Shown piece by piece: positions 8,858 to 17,517 of a DNA stretch of 64,000 nucleotides; the stretch's first letter is position 1; each line of letters opens with the position of its first letter. The translations under genes and the position numbers were made by a program. Below the pieces are notes generated by a model. It did not search any database. It was not told the DNA's origin and saw only the letters and a program-made list of their open reading frames with translations. The stretch lies in NCBI GenBank assembly GCA_044344255.1, contig JBIJDH010000002.1, positions 352,001 to 416,000 of the forward strand, read 5' to 3'. Origin of the DNA: Myxococcota bacterium (GTDB taxonomy: Bacteria; Myxococcota_A; UBA796; UBA2385).

Positions 8858-9937
8858 TCAGCCGCGCTCCCAGCGCATCACCGGCTCATCGCGCTCCCAC
8901 CGCTCCATCGCCATCGTCGAGCCCATGAAGAGGTGGCGCTGCAGCGGGCGCCTCACCCAGGGGTTTACCCAGGCGACCGGTCGGAGGGTGGTCGGCTCGG
9001 CGGGGGGGCGGTCGATCATCAGGAGGCCCGTGACGTTGCGGTAGAGCGGGTCACGGAAGAGGCTCGAGGAGTACTCGGGACCGTAGGTGACCTCGATGCC
9101 CGGCCGATCCGAGGAGGTGCTCTGTCGGACCGGCTTGCCGTAGAGCATCTCGCGGAGGTAGCCCCGCGACACGCGCCAGGGCTGATCGGTCACACAGGAG
9201 AGGAGGACATGGCGGTCCGGGCCGTGCCGCATCCGATGATTGTCCAGCTCGAAGACGATCCGGCGCTCGAGGGCCTCGAGGGTGCGCTGGGCGTCAAACG
9301 GGCCGAGGGTGAAGGCCACCACCCCCTTTCCTTCGGTGGCGACCCCGCCGGTGAGGGCGAATTCGAGAGAGATGTTCTCGTCGTCATACGCGGCGTATCG
9401 GCCGTCCCAGCCGCCGCGGTCGACCTCACGGAGCCACATCTCGATGGCGCGGCGCACGGGCTCGGGGTCGAAGTCGTGCGGCAGCCATCGGCGGACGAGG
9501 ACGGCGATCCGCGAGCGCGAGCTCACCCGGTTGAGCGCCCGGCGGAGGCGGTCGATCACCTCCTCGTCGGGGATCGGCCGCGCCTGCCGGATGAAGGTGA
9601 GGACGATGACGTCCACCTCCCCGGCGTCCGCGTGCTGCGAGACCAAAGAGGGGCCGGGCCAACGGAGCGACCCCACCTTCCAGCCTCGCTGGGAGAGGGT
9701 GTGCGCGGTGACAGCCTCACCGAAGCCCTGAAAGAAATGCTTGTTGTCCAGCGACGTGAGGAGCTCGGTCAGCCGCTCGTTCACGGTGGGGCCGCCGACC
9801 GCCACGGCCCGCTCGATCAGCTCGCGGAGGGGCGCCGCCGCGGCGCTCGTGAGCTGCTTCAAGAAGCTGTACCCCGCGCCGGGCATCCTCCCGAGGTCAG
9901 CGAGGAGGGAGTCTGAAAATAGAGGTGCTTTCAACAT
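8858..9937 (-). CDS. hypothetical protein, possibly a degenerate restriction-endonuclease-like fold
   Basis: Protein-like composition from MLKAPLF onward; the upstream part of the 552-aa ORF is GC-shadow; start uncertain (9937 or 9991). Confidence 0.7.
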   Translation of the reverse strand: MLKAPLFSDSLLADLGRMPGAGYSFLKQLTSAAAAPLRELIERAVAVGGPTVNERLTELLTSLDNKHFFQGFGEAVTAHTLSQRGWKVGSLRWPGPSLVSQHADAGEVDVIVLTFIRQARPIPDEEVIDRLRRALNRVSSRSRIAVLVRRWLPHDFDPEPVRRAIEMWLREVDRGGWDGRYAAYDDENISLEFALTGGVATEGKGVVAFTLGPFDAQRTLEALERRIVFELDNHRMRHGPDRHVLLSCVTDQPWRVSRGYLREMLYGKPVRQSTSSDRPGIEVTYGPEYSSSLFRDPLYRNVTGLLMIDRPPAEPTTLRPVAWVNPWVRRPLQRHLFMGSTMAMERWERDEPVMRWERG

Positions 9938-10083
9938 GTTTATTTCGGTACCTGCCGGGGAAGACAAGGCGCTTGGCGGTCTCTGGAGCATGATGTCCTC
10001 GGTGACAAAGTGCAGGCTGTGGGGCTCACGGCGGGGGAGGTGGGCGCCGGACCGCGGCGCGGTAGCCCCTCTACTCCCTGATC

Positions 10084-11811
10084 CTACCCGCGCGTGCCGG
10101 CCTCGCCGTCGCGCCGACGGGTCGCGACCGCGCCGAGCACGAGGAGCACCAAGGGGGCGATGGGGGGCCGGTCGGCCTCGGCCGGCGAGGCGCAGCCGCA
10201 GCGCCGGGGGGCCTCGCCGGCGTGGAGGGCGCCGCGGCCCGTGCGGGCGTCCGGCCCTGGGGCGTCGAGATCGTCCGCGCGGTCGGCGAGGGTGGCGCGG
10301 ATCAGCGCAGGATCGGCCTCTCCGCCTTCGCCGTCGAGGATGAGGGCGACGAGGCCCGCCGCGTGGGGGGTGGCGGCCGAGGTGCCGTAGAAGGCGCCGG
10401 GGCCGAAGGTGGCGGTGCTGACGCCGTCGGGGGCGCAGAAGTCTGGCTTCAAGCGTCCGTCGTCGGTGAGGCCGGTGGAGGAGTAGGGGCGGGCCGCCCT
10501 CCCGCCGTAGTCGCAAGCGCCGATCGTGACGACCTCCGCCGCGTCACCGGGGAGGGAAAGCGTGCCGCCAACGGTGGCGAGCTCAGCGGAGAGACCGTCG
10601 GGGACGTAGAGGTGCGCCACGACGCCGGTGAGGGCGGCCCCGTCGGCCACAGCGGCGCGAATTCGTACGATGGCTCGTCCATCCCCGCAGGGCCCCCCGG
10701 AGACGGCCTCATACGCGAGGCCGCCGGGCCGGCCATCCTGGGGCGCCTGGGAGAGCAGGCAGCGGGCGCCGTCCTCGTCGAGGGCCTCGAGGTCGAGGTC
10801 GAGGTGGGGAGGCGAGCTGTCCTCCCAGCGGAGGCTGGCGGTGACGAGGCCCTCGTTTGGGACCTCGATCTCCTCGACACCCCCAAGCTCGACGAGCCCG
10901 TCTTCATCGACATCCGAGAGGATCCCGCTGCGGTACCGCCCCTCCTCGTTACCGGCGGCCCCCACCCAGACCACGCCGGTCTGCTGGGCGAGGCGGTCGA
11001 CGGCGCGTGAGACCGGGCTCTGGCCGTCGGCGGGCCAGATGTTGTCGAAGCCGATGGAGGCGTTGACCACGTCGGGGGGATCACGCTCGAGGTCTTCGAT
11101 CGCGGCGAGGAGCTCGGTGTCGGTGGCGAAGGCCCGGAGGCGGAGCTGCGCCTCCGGTGCGACGTCGTGGATGATCTCCGCCACCGCGGTCCCATGTCCG
11201 GTGCTCTTGTCCTCATCGTCGATGTCGAGACCGTAGGGGAGCTCTGCGCCCTCGAGCGCGCCCGCGCCCGCGAAGCCGACATCGAGGACGGCCACCTCCA
11301 ATCCCTGGCCGCGAATGCGGGCGTCTATCCAGCTCTCCTGGTCGAAGATCAGCGGGAGTCCCTCGCTCACCACCGCCCCGCTCCAGCCGGCGGCGTTGCC
11401 CTGTTTGGGGCTGACGCGAAAGGGCGGGCGGGCGCGGAGGAGGTCGGAGGTGTCGAGGTCGGCGGGATCCAGGCCGGCGACGGCGGGGGGAGAGAGCAGG
11501 CCGGCGAGGGTTCGGAGCTCGTCGGGCCAGAGGCGGAGCTCGAGCTGAGCCCCCTCGGGGTCCGAGAGGTGGGCGACGCGATACACCGGCAGCTTGTGCG
11601 CGAGGAGGAGGGCCTCGATCGAGGCGCCCGCCCGGACCTCGAGCACCACCACCACCCGCCCGCCGATGACCGAGCCCGCGTGGGTCGCCGCCCAGGCCTC
11701 GAGCCCCCCTTCAGTCGCGGCGAGGAGCGCCCCGGCCGTGTCGGGATCGAGCCACGGCCGGTCGAGGCTTCGCGGCGCGGCCATGGCGGGGAGCAGGAAG
11801 AGCCACAACAT
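10084..11811 (-). CDS. S8 family subtilase with MYXO-CTERM-like C-terminal sorting signal
   Basis: Catalytic motifs VAVLDVG, GHGTAVA, AAGN, GTSAATPH; tail CGCAS...PLVLLVLGAVATRRR; start placed at MLWLFLL signal peptide. Confidence 0.88.
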   Translation of the reverse strand: MLWLFLLPAMAAPRSLDRPWLDPDTAGALLAATEGGLEAWAATHAGSVIGGRVVVVLEVRAGASIEALLLAHKLPVYRVAHLSDPEGAQLELRLWPDELRTLAGLLSPPAVAGLDPADLDTSDLLRARPPFRVSPKQGNAAGWSGAVVSEGLPLIFDQESWIDARIRGQGLEVAVLDVGFAGAGALEGAELPYGLDIDDEDKSTGHGTAVAEIIHDVAPEAQLRLRAFATDTELLAAIEDLERDPPDVVNASIGFDNIWPADGQSPVSRAVDRLAQQTGVVWVGAAGNEEGRYRSGILSDVDEDGLVELGGVEEIEVPNEGLVTASLRWEDSSPPHLDLDLEALDEDGARCLLSQAPQDGRPGGLAYEAVSGGPCGDGRAIVRIRAAVADGAALTGVVAHLYVPDGLSAELATVGGTLSLPGDAAEVVTIGACDYGGRAARPYSSTGLTDDGRLKPDFCAPDGVSTATFGPGAFYGTSAATPHAAGLVALILDGEGGEADPALIRATLADRADDLDAPGPDARTGRGALHAGEAPRRCGCASPAEADRPPIAPLVLLVLGAVATRRRDGEAGTRG

Positions 11812-11889
11812 GCCCCTTCGCCTATCGCGAGGGGTTGGAAAGGGGGTGGGTGGCATGCTAAGCCGAGGGGCTACGGATCGGAGACCCCC

Positions 11890-12732
11890 ATGCTCTCGCT
11901 GACCCTGCTCCTCTGCGCTGCTCACGCCGCTGACCCCGCGGCGGAAGACCCGTCGAGCACCGGCGGAGCGAGCCCGGCGCCGAGCGAGCCCGCAGGCGGG
12001 GCCGCCGCTGCGCCCAACGAGTCGGAGGACGAAGAGGAGGGCGAGGCGGGGGCCGCGCTGCCGCTCCACGCCGGGGAGCTGAACAAGGGCTTTTATACGA
12101 ACGCCTACCAGATGAGGGCGGGTGAGCTCACCCTCCACCCCGGCATCTGGGACAGCCAGTGGGGCATCACCGACAAGGTCGAGCTCCGAAGCTCGATCCT
12201 CGGCTTCATCCCCGGCCCGAACCTCGGCCTCAAGGTCGGGGTGCTCCAGTCCAAGGAGATGGCCCTCGCGGTCGAGGTCGATGGCAGCGCCGACTGGAAG
12301 TTCAAGTCGCCGGGCGGCGGCGGGGGCCTCGTCTGGTCCTACGGTGGCCCTACGGGCGATCGGGTCAACGTCGGGGTCGGCGCCTCCTACGGGAAGTACG
12401 TCTTCAAGCTCACCGACGAGACCGGCAACATCCAGGTCAAGCAGACGATCGTGCAGATCGAGACGCCGATCACCGTCGGCTATGACCTCGCCCTGAACGA
12501 CCAGCAGGTCTTTCAGTTCATCGGGGTCGCCGACGCCCTCGGCCTCTCCAAGGGGGAGGGCTCGGCGGCGGCGTCCTTCCAATGGAACCGCGGCTGGGAG
12601 GCCTTTCGGCTGGGCCTCGGGCTGGGGCTGTACTATCGTCAGGACCTCTCGGTCTATACTGAGCTGAGTGACAAGGTGCCCGACTGGCCGGTTTATCCCT
12701 ATCCGAGCGCCTCCCTGTGGTGGAGGATTTGA
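11890..12732 (+). CDS. putative outer-membrane beta-barrel protein
   Basis: Signal peptide (AAHA), acidic linker, alternating amphipathic beta strands, aromatic C-terminus (SLWWRI). Confidence 0.6.
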   Translation: MLSLTLLLCAAHAADPAAEDPSSTGGASPAPSEPAGGAAAAPNESEDEEEGEAGAALPLHAGELNKGFYTNAYQMRAGELTLHPGIWDSQWGITDKVELRSSILGFIPGPNLGLKVGVLQSKEMALAVEVDGSADWKFKSPGGGGGLVWSYGGPTGDRVNVGVGASYGKYVFKLTDETGNIQVKQTIVQIETPITVGYDLALNDQQVFQFIGVADALGLSKGEGSAAASFQWNRGWEAFRLGLGLGLYYRQDLSVYTELSDKVPDWPVYPYPSASLWWRI

Positions 12733-12766
12733 CAGCGCGCCTACGCCCGACGGCGGCCGCGCGGCG

Positions 12767-13954
12767 ATGAGCGCGCGGCCCTCTGGCGTACGGCCACCGG
12801 GCGTCCCCGGCCTCGGCGCCGCGCTCGTCACGGTGGCGCTGTGCGCGTTTGGCCTGTCTTTCGCCTCGGCCTGCTCGCGCGCGCCCCTGCCGCCGGTGGT
12901 CGCCCTGATCACGGTCGACACCTGGCGCTTCGATCACTGGTCCGCGGAGCGGAGCCCGGCGCTGTGGGCCCTCGCCGAGCGCGGCGAGCGATACACCAAC
13001 GCCTGGAGCCCAATCGGCCTCACGTCTGCGGCCCACGCCACGATGCTCACCGGGCTACCCCCTTGGCAGCATGGGATGGAGGCGAACAATCACCACGGCT
13101 ATTCGCTGAAGGAGGGCCTCCCCACGCTCCCGGAGATGTTCCCCGGCTATGCGAGCGGCGCCTTCGTGAGCGCCTGGCCGGCTGGCCCTGCGGGGGGCCT
13201 CGATCGAGGTTGGGAGCGCTTCGACGGCCCCGAGAGCGGCGAGCGGGACGGAGAGATCGCCGTCCAGCGGGCCCTCGATTGGCTCCCTACCGACCGCCCG
13301 GCCCTGCTGTGGGTACACGTCTACGAACCCCATGGGCCCTATGTCGGCGAGGGAGAGACCGACGCCCAGCGATACGCCGAGGAGGTGCTGCGTGCTGATC
13401 GGCTCCTGGAGCCGCTCCTCGAGCGCCTCGTCGAGCGCGGCGCGCGGGTCGTCGTCGCTGCCGACCACGGGGAGGTCTTGACCGAGGAGACCTGCGGGAG
13501 GCAGCACGAGCGCTCGATCGGAGAGGGGGTGCTGCACGTGCCCCTCTTGCGCTGGTCGCCCGAGCTCGAGGGCCACGCCGGCGCCCGGGATGAGCGGGTG
13601 GGCCTGGAGGATGTGCCGGCCCTCCTTCGGGGGGAGCCCCTGGTGGGCCGCCCCTACAGCCTCGGCGAGAGCGGCATGTGCGAGGCCGACTGCGCCCCAG
13701 GCTGCGCCCCCGCCGGGCTGATCGGCCGGGATCGGACGATCTTCGGCGCGCGCGGGCGGTGGATCAAGCGGCCGGGGCGGGGCACCTTCGCCGTAGGCAA
13801 GCCCGATCCGGACTGGCTCCCCACCCTCGAGGCGCTGCCGCCGGTGCGGCCGCCGGGCGAAGCGGCGGCAGAAGCAGGCATGAAGGCGCTCGGTTACCTG
13901 GAGCCCTCCGCGCCCTCGGACGAGGCGAAGAAGTCAGACAGGAGTCCCCGATGA
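12767..13954 (+). CDS. sulfatase-like / alkaline phosphatase superfamily hydrolase (probable lipoprotein)
   Basis: LITVDTWRFDH, TSAAHATMLTG, WVHVYEPHGPY, ADHGE, LHVPL, C-terminal ALGYL; no CxPxR motif. Confidence 0.85.
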   Translation: MSARPSGVRPPGVPGLGAALVTVALCAFGLSFASACSRAPLPPVVALITVDTWRFDHWSAERSPALWALAERGERYTNAWSPIGLTSAAHATMLTGLPPWQHGMEANNHHGYSLKEGLPTLPEMFPGYASGAFVSAWPAGPAGGLDRGWERFDGPESGERDGEIAVQRALDWLPTDRPALLWVHVYEPHGPYVGEGETDAQRYAEEVLRADRLLEPLLERLVERGARVVVAADHGEVLTEETCGRQHERSIGEGVLHVPLLRWSPELEGHAGARDERVGLEDVPALLRGEPLVGRPYSLGESGMCEADCAPGCAPAGLIGRDRTIFGARGRWIKRPGRGTFAVGKPDPDWLPTLEALPPVRPPGEAAAEAGMKALGYLEPSAPSDEAKKSDRSPR

Positions 13955-14346
13955 AGGTGTTTCCCGTGGTCCTCGGATTGATGCTCGCCGCTGGGGCCTG
14001 CTGCTGCGGCGATATGCTGGAGGGGCTCGGCGTCCCGATGCCCTCGGCCGGCGGCGACGTGCCGGCCGCGCTGGCGGGCTTCGAGGTCTACCCGGGCGCT
14101 CAGTTCCAGGCGGGGGCCAAGGTCGGCTCCGTGAGCTCGGCCAATTTCGAGGTGCCGGGTGCGGCCCCGACAGACATCGTCAACTTCTACAAGGGCCAGT
14201 TCGTGGAGGACGGCTATACGATCGGCGTCGACTACGCAGACGCCACCACCGCCACCGTCCAAGGCTCGAAGGGCTCGGCGAAGGCCACCGCCACGGCCAC
14301 CACGCAGGGCGACAAGGTCTGGCTGGTCCTCGGCCTTCAGGAGTGA
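13951..14346 (+). CDS. small lipoprotein (lipobox followed by CCC)
   Basis: ATGA overlap with the upstream gene; MKVFPVVLGLMLAAGACCCG; VYPGA...IVNFYK pattern. Confidence 0.7.
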   Translation: MKVFPVVLGLMLAAGACCCGDMLEGLGVPMPSAGGDVPAALAGFEVYPGAQFQAGAKVGSVSSANFEVPGAAPTDIVNFYKGQFVEDGYTIGVDYADATTATVQGSKGSAKATATATTQGDKVWLVLGLQE

Positions 14347-14426
14347 GCTTCGGGAGTGGGCCGCGGGCGGCGGGCTAATCCTGTCGCCCCCTCCGCGGCC
14401 CTGCCTCTATCGGTGGCTGGGCCCCT

Positions 14427-15383
14427 CTACCGGGGTGTGGGCTTGCGGCGCGCGCCACCGCCGGGCTTGAGCTTCCCTGTCGCCCGCTTCTTGCTGAGCG
14501 GCTTGTTGGCCGGCGGCTTGGGGCGGGCGAAGCCCTCCTTGTATCGGACCTTGTGACCCGCCTGCTCGGCTGGCACACCCTCGGCGATGTCTCGTACGCG
14601 GCGCAGCTCCTCGCCAGAGAGGGCGCGGAGATCGCCTCGCTCCATCCCACGGATGGTGATGGTCGCGAAGCTCTCCCGGCGCAGCTTGGCGACCGGGTGC
14701 CCGACGGCCTCGAACATCCGTCGCACCAGGCGGTTGCGGCCCTCGGTGACGGTGACCTCCACCCAGCAATTCCCAGCCTCGGTGGTGGAGACCACGCGGA
14801 CCTTGCAGGGCGCGGTGCGGCCGTCGTCGAGCTGGACGCCCTTGGCGAGGCGCTGCAGCTTCTCCTCGGAGGGCTGCTTCCAGACCTTGACGAGGTATCG
14901 CTTGGGCACGCCCTTGCTCGGGTGGGTGAGCGCGTGGGCCAGGTCGCCGTCATTGGTGAGCAGCAGCGCGCCCTCGGTGTCCATGTCGAGGCGTCCGACC
15001 GGCTCCACGCGCTCGGCGAGATGCTCGACGAGGTCGAGCACGCTCGGGCGACCCTCAGGGTCCGACCGGCCGGTGATGGTGCCCTTGGGCTTGAACATCA
15101 CATAATAGACGAGGGGCGGGGCCTTCGGGAGCGGCCGACCGTCGAATCGCAGCTCATCGCGCGTGACGTCGACGGGGTGGCCGGGGTGGTAGACCCGGAC
15201 CCCATTGACCTCGGCGCGTCCGTCCTCGATGGCCTTCTCGGCCTCGCGGCGGCTGGCGACCCCGGCGCGGGCCAGGACCTTGGCCAGGCGTTCGCCGGAC
15301 GGCTCCGCCTCGTCGGCGGCCGGAGTGGGGCGAGGGGACGGCGCGCGGGGGAGGGGCTTTGGAGGGAGGGACTCTCGGGACAT
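14427..15383 (-). CDS. rluB: rRNA pseudouridine synthase (RluB/RsuA family) with S4 domain
   Basis: ERLAKVLARAGVASRREAE (S4), KPKG, PVGRLDMDTEGALLLTNDG, EGRNRLVRRM; downstream of scpAB. Confidence 0.92.
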   Translation of the reverse strand: MSRESLPPKPLPRAPSPRPTPAADEAEPSGERLAKVLARAGVASRREAEKAIEDGRAEVNGVRVYHPGHPVDVTRDELRFDGRPLPKAPPLVYYVMFKPKGTITGRSDPEGRPSVLDLVEHLAERVEPVGRLDMDTEGALLLTNDGDLAHALTHPSKGVPKRYLVKVWKQPSEEKLQRLAKGVQLDDGRTAPCKVRVVSTTEAGNCWVEVTVTEGRNRLVRRMFEAVGHPVAKLRRESFATITIRGMERGDLRALSGEELRRVRDIAEGVPAEQAGHKVRYKEGFARPKPPANKPLSKKRATGKLKPGGGARRKPTPR

Positions 15384-15490
15384 GCACGTTCCAGTCGGGG
15401 CCGTCGGGCCCGGGTCGGGCGGCAGGCGGAGGGGCCGGCGGTATATGGGGAGCCCTCGCCCCTGTCAATCTCGAGGCTCAAGACCCCGCG

Positions 15491-16267
15491 TTAGAGGCCG
15501 TCGTCGCCGTCCTCGCTGCCGGGGTGCTCTCGCGGATCGTCCCGCTGGAGCTCGCGCAGGTCGCGGAGCGTGGGCAGATCGCTCAGGTCCCGGAGGCCGA
15601 ACAGGGAGAGGAAGTCGGGAGAGGTGCCGTAGATCAGCGGCCTGCCGGGCTCATCCTTTCGACCGATCGGCGTGACGAGCCCCCGCTCACAGAGGTTTCG
15701 CAGCACGCCGCCGGAGTCCACGCCGCGGAGCAGCTCGATCTCACCGCGGGTGACGGGCTGCCGATAGGCGCAGACGGCCAGGGTCTCGAGCGCGGCGCGG
15801 GACAGCTTCAGGGGCCGACCCCCGCGCATCGCCGCCACCCAGGGAGCGAAGCGGGTTTCCGTGCGGAACTGCCAGCCCTTGGCTACCTGCATGAGCCGAT
15901 AACCGGCATTGTTGCGGCGCAGTCGGTCACGGATGTTGTCGAGCGACGTGCGGACCAGGGCCAGCCCGGGGTTGGAGAGCCAGCCGTCGATCTGTGACTC
16001 GCTCAGCGGGCCGTCCGCGGCCAGCAGCAGGGCCTCCACCGCACCCTCGACGAGGTGCGGCGCGGGGGGTGGGATGACCACCACCTCCTCGGTGGACAGG
16101 GAGCGGATCGGCGGCGTGACCGACCAGGCATCGACGACCGGGTCTTCCTCCTCTTGGGGGGGCTCATCCGGTCGCTGGGGCGGTCGACCGAAGCCAGGGA
16201 GGTGGATGACGTTGTCCGGCCCCGGATCGAGCTCCTCCGGCTCGTCGGTGTCGATAGGCCCCGTCAT
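15491..16267 (-). CDS. scpB: SMC-Scp complex subunit ScpB
   Basis: VEALLLA, LSRAALETLAVCAYRQPVTRGEIELLRGV, PGRPLIYGTS..FL..FGL..LSDLP. Confidence 0.95.
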   Translation of the reverse strand: MTGPIDTDEPEELDPGPDNVIHLPGFGRPPQRPDEPPQEEEDPVVDAWSVTPPIRSLSTEEVVVIPPPAPHLVEGAVEALLLAADGPLSESQIDGWLSNPGLALVRTSLDNIRDRLRRNNAGYRLMQVAKGWQFRTETRFAPWVAAMRGGRPLKLSRAALETLAVCAYRQPVTRGEIELLRGVDSGGVLRNLCERGLVTPIGRKDEPGRPLIYGTSPDFLSLFGLRDLSDLPTLRDLRELQRDDPREHPGSEDGDDGL

Positions 16268-17043
16268 CCGGCGCTCCCTCCGGAGAGGCGGCCGAGGTCT
16301 GCGGTCTCGGGCGTGGCCTGACCGTGGAGGATGATCGGGCCGAGGTGCTGACCCTGCCGGAGGTCGAGCATGCCCAGGCGGGCCATCTCGAGCGCGGCGA
16401 GGAAGGCGATGATCCGGTCGCCGCGGCGCTGGAGGAGGCGGAGGAGGTCGGTGAGCTCGCGCGGACCTTCATGTAGCCGGCCGAGGATCCAGCCCGCCAT
16501 CTCCTGCAAGGAGTAATGTTCGAGCTCGATCTGGTGGATCGGCGCGTCCGCGGCGTGGCGCTGGAGCACTTCGTAGAAGATCTGGAGCAGGCCGAGCGGG
16601 TTGGTGCCCGCGACCACGGAGCGCTCGGTGCCGCCGATCGGCGCCTGGACGGCGGCGAAGGTGTCGCGGCCGAGCCAGGGGCGCTGGGAGAGGGCCTCGG
16701 CGGCCTCCCGGTAGCGTTGGTACTCCAGGAGGCGCCGGGCGAGGTCCTCTCGGACGGCGACGGGGTCGTCTTCGTCGGCGAGGTCCAGCGGCGCCGCGCG
16801 AGGCAGCAGCTCTTGACTCTTCAGCCAACAAAGGGTGGAGGCCATGACCAGAAATTCGCCCGCGACTTCCAGGTCAAGGGCCTCCATCCGGTGGATGTGC
16901 TCCAGGAACGCGTCGGTGATGGGCGCGATGGGGACATCGCGGAGATCCACACCATGTCGGCGCACCAGGAACAGCAGGAGCTCCAGAGGTCCGTCGTAGA
17001 CCTCTGTGTGGACAGCGTAGGTCCGGGGGTCGCAGGCGAGCAA
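16264..17043 (-). CDS. scpA: segregation/condensation protein ScpA
   Basis: YDGPLELLLFLV, AGEFLVMASTL..KS..LLP, FLAALEM; start uncertain (TTG 17043 chosen; ORF open to 17262). Confidence 0.9.
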   Translation of the reverse strand: MLACDPRTYAVHTEVYDGPLELLLFLVRRHGVDLRDVPIAPITDAFLEHIHRMEALDLEVAGEFLVMASTLCWLKSQELLPRAAPLDLADEDDPVAVREDLARRLLEYQRYREAAEALSQRPWLGRDTFAAVQAPIGGTERSVVAGTNPLGLLQIFYEVLQRHAADAPIHQIELEHYSLQEMAGWILGRLHEGPRELTDLLRLLQRRGDRIIAFLAALEMARLGMLDLRQGQHLGPIILHGQATPETADLGRLSGGSAG

Positions 17044-17081
17044 GGCGGGGGCCTGAGGAGGAGGGGAGGGGGAGGGGCGAT

Positions 17082-17205
17082 GTGGGCGGCGGCTCGACCG
17101 GGCGTGACGAGCCAACCGAGGCTGCGATGCAGCCGTTCGGGCGGAGACACCCACGCAGCGCCCCGCAGGTTGTTCCCCGAAGGGGAAATCCTGAGGAGCT
17201 CGGCG
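17082..17205 (-). ncRNA. candidate structured cis-RNA in the scpA leader
   Basis: Several nested helices seen by eye (CCGAG/CUCGG closing; GGCUGC/GCAGCC; CAGG/CCUG; UUCCCC/GGGGAA; GGCUCG/CGAGCC); family not established. Confidence 0.35.
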
Positions 17206-17517
17206 ACGGGTGGGGGGCGGGGCCAGCGTCGATACACTAATCGAGGATCGTGGTGGTATCAAGCAGATCGGGCCATCCTGACCTCACTCGTCGCGCGATT
17301 CTCCGTACTGCCGGTTGGGATCGTAATTCTCTTCGATTGGGCCCTCGGGACCCTCCTCCTCCCGCCGTGTTGAGGGGAGCCCGTACGGGTCGCTCCGTGC
17401 GTGGAACACGTAATTCTCGCCACAATTGGCGCTTTGAGGTGGGATTGAGCGGAAGGCCCCGCAGGGCTATGCTCCCGGCACCTTGGAGCAGCCCTGCCGC
17501 GGTCCGCGTCCCCTACT

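Noticed and set aside
11812..12921. N-terminal 370-aa extension of the S8 protease (945-aa ORF)
   Set aside because: Antisense to the beta-barrel gene; a signal peptide starts at 11811.
17210..17440. tmRNA, SRP RNA, RNase P RNA or 6S RNA in the scpA upstream region
   Set aside because: No tRNA-like GGTTCGA..CCACCA end, no TCAGGTCCGGAAGGAAGCAGC, no GAGGAAAGTCC, and no long central-bubble rod; the ANCGENY reading resembles a tmRNA tag only superficially.
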